UHGV virus genome: UHGV-0192057
Direction: 5' to 3' (one strand)
Source of the DNA: a virus
DNA: 37,956 nucleotides
The translations under genes and the position numbers were made by a program. A model generated the notes under the pieces. That model ran no database searches. It saw nothing but the letters and a program-made list of their open reading frames with translations, and was not told where the DNA came from. This document shows, piece after piece, positions 36,750 to 37,956 of this stretch; positions within the stretch are counted from its first letter, which is position 1; the number at the start of each line of letters is the position of its first letter.

Positions 36750-36890
36750 ATGCCGCAAAAAACGATCATCGTGAGCATTTTATGCTTAACCATGTTGTTG
36801 ACCGTCTGGATGATACACCGTTCACCGTGTGAGTTCAGACTTAACATCATGTGGTCAGAATTTGCGGCGTTCTTGCAGTGTAAACAGTAA
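36750..36890 (+). CDS. Hok/Gef-family type I toxin (HokA-like, 46 aa)
   Basis: Hand-translated MPQKTIIVSILCLTMLLTVWMIHRSPCEFRLNIMWSEFAAFLQCKQ; AGGAG 9 nt upstream; resembles E. coli HokA from memory (MPQK..., TWMIRDSLCE..., AAFLACK); single TM then conserved Cys. Confidence 0.6.
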   Translation: MPQKTIIVSILCLTMLLTVWMIHRSPCEFRLNIMWSEFAAFLQCKQ

Positions 36891-36983
36891 GAAACCGCAG
36901 CGGGGGTGAAAGCCCCCGCTATCCGGTTGCCGAAGGTTCGGTCGAAAGTCGCACCATCACACGCAAGTCACAAAGAAAAACAA

Positions 36984-37015
36984 AGCCCGCAGCGTAAAAA
37001 CTGTGGGCTTTTTTT
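36984..37015 (+). terminator. Rho-independent terminator downstream of the hok-like gene
   Basis: agcccgcag-cgtaaaaa-ctgtgggct stem-loop followed by TTTTTT. Confidence 0.6.
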
Positions 37016-37142
37016 GTTTAACAACCTGGCGGTGAAAACAACAAGCAGAGATAGTCTCACCAAAAAAATTTAGAACGCCATGGCAATATGTGGACAACTC
37101 GAAAAATAATCCTTTATTTTTCATTGCATTACATCAGTTTTC

Positions 37143-37159
37143 GCGCCACCCGAAGGTGG
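37143..37159. repeat. attR core candidate (17-bp direct repeat / terminator hairpin)
   Basis: Identical to 183-199; followed by gtgcttttattatt, so the right copy retains a U-tract. Confidence 0.6.
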
Positions 37160-37172
37160 CGTGCTTTTATTA

Positions 37173-37514
37173 TTACTTATCCCTGTCTAACCAGTCGCCG
37201 CTTTCAATTAGCTTTAATCCATCGACGGGTCGTTGATAAACGTACATCCATGCACTCCCGTACGGCGTCTGAATCAACTGGCGCGCGTATTCACCGCCCC
37301 TGGTGCGCAAGGCATCAAGTTCGGCCAGCGTGGCGTTGTCAATACGATAAACTTCACCGTGTACTGTTCCGTTCCCCGGAACTGCGCCTGGATAGTGGCC
37401 CAGGCTATACAACTGGTAGTTATCGATACTGAAATCGCCCAGTAACTGGGCATTGGTCATCCAGTGACTGTTGCCTTGTTTGTGGCGTAAACTGCCGTAG
37501 ACAAATATTCGCAT
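37173..37514 (-). CDS. ytfP: Gamma-glutamylcyclotransferase-family protein YtfP (host)
   Basis: 113 aa MRIFVYGSLRHKQGNSHWM... (GGCT-like YGSL motif); directly downstream of the tamB 3' end as in E. coli. Confidence 0.85.
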   Translation of the reverse strand: MRIFVYGSLRHKQGNSHWMTNAQLLGDFSIDNYQLYSLGHYPGAVPGNGTVHGEVYRIDNATLAELDALRTRGGEYARQLIQTPYGSAWMYVYQRPVDGLKLIESGDWLDRDK

Positions 37515-37516
37515 TG

Positions 37517-37956
<440 letters not shown>

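Larger units (their letters stand above)
183..37159. mobile_element. Integrated P2-like prophage, bounded by 17-bp direct repeats
   Basis: Full P2-type gene set in P2 prophage order (int, C, cox, A, Q, P, O, N, M, L, X, lysis, R, S, V, W, J, I, H, G, FI, FII, E, T, U, D, ogr). Identical 17-mer cgccacccgaaggtggc at 183-199 and 37143-37159. Host ytfP/tamB lie immediately outside the right repeat. Confidence 0.85.

Noticed and set aside
37088-37432. 114-aa plus-strand ORF overlapping ytfP and the attR region
   Set aside because: Antisense to host ytfP, which is supported by sequence and position; spans the att core and hairpin.

Overview
The window is a complete P2-like (Peduovirus-type) prophage of about 37 kb in an Escherichia/Enterobacteriaceae chromosome, inserted just downstream of ytfP (tamB–ytfP at the right edge, minus strand). 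The prophage is bounded by a 17-bp direct repeat (cgccacccgaaggtggc, 183-199 and 37143-37159) that is itself a terminator-like hairpin. The order is attL – int – C – cox – early/replication operon (including a Dam-like methyltransferase, a DnaQ-like exonuclease and replication protein A) – accessory region – cos – Q/P – O N M L X – lysis genes – R S V W J I H G – U/T/E/FII/FI – D – ogr – Hok-like module – attR. Calls rest on reading the supplied translations against remembered P2 family proteins; no database search was possible. Beyond the P2 backbone, the points most worth follow-up are: (1) the FI-FII-E-T-U tail module is inverted relative to canonical P2, with one TGT-N12-ACA Ogr box in the divergent FI/D gap; (2) a HokA-like type I toxin module between ogr and attR; (3) a 656-aa NanS-p-like sialate O-acetylesterase plus a small membrane ORF between the lysis cassette and R; (4) three unannotatable cargo genes, two of them antisense membrane proteins, at 2267-2704, 6682-7149 and in the AT-rich tin/old-equivalent hotspot at 12107-12751. 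No rRNA, tRNA, CRISPR array, transposase or reverse transcriptase was found. Hand-derived coordinates (small ORFs, hairpins, boxes) may be off by a base or two.
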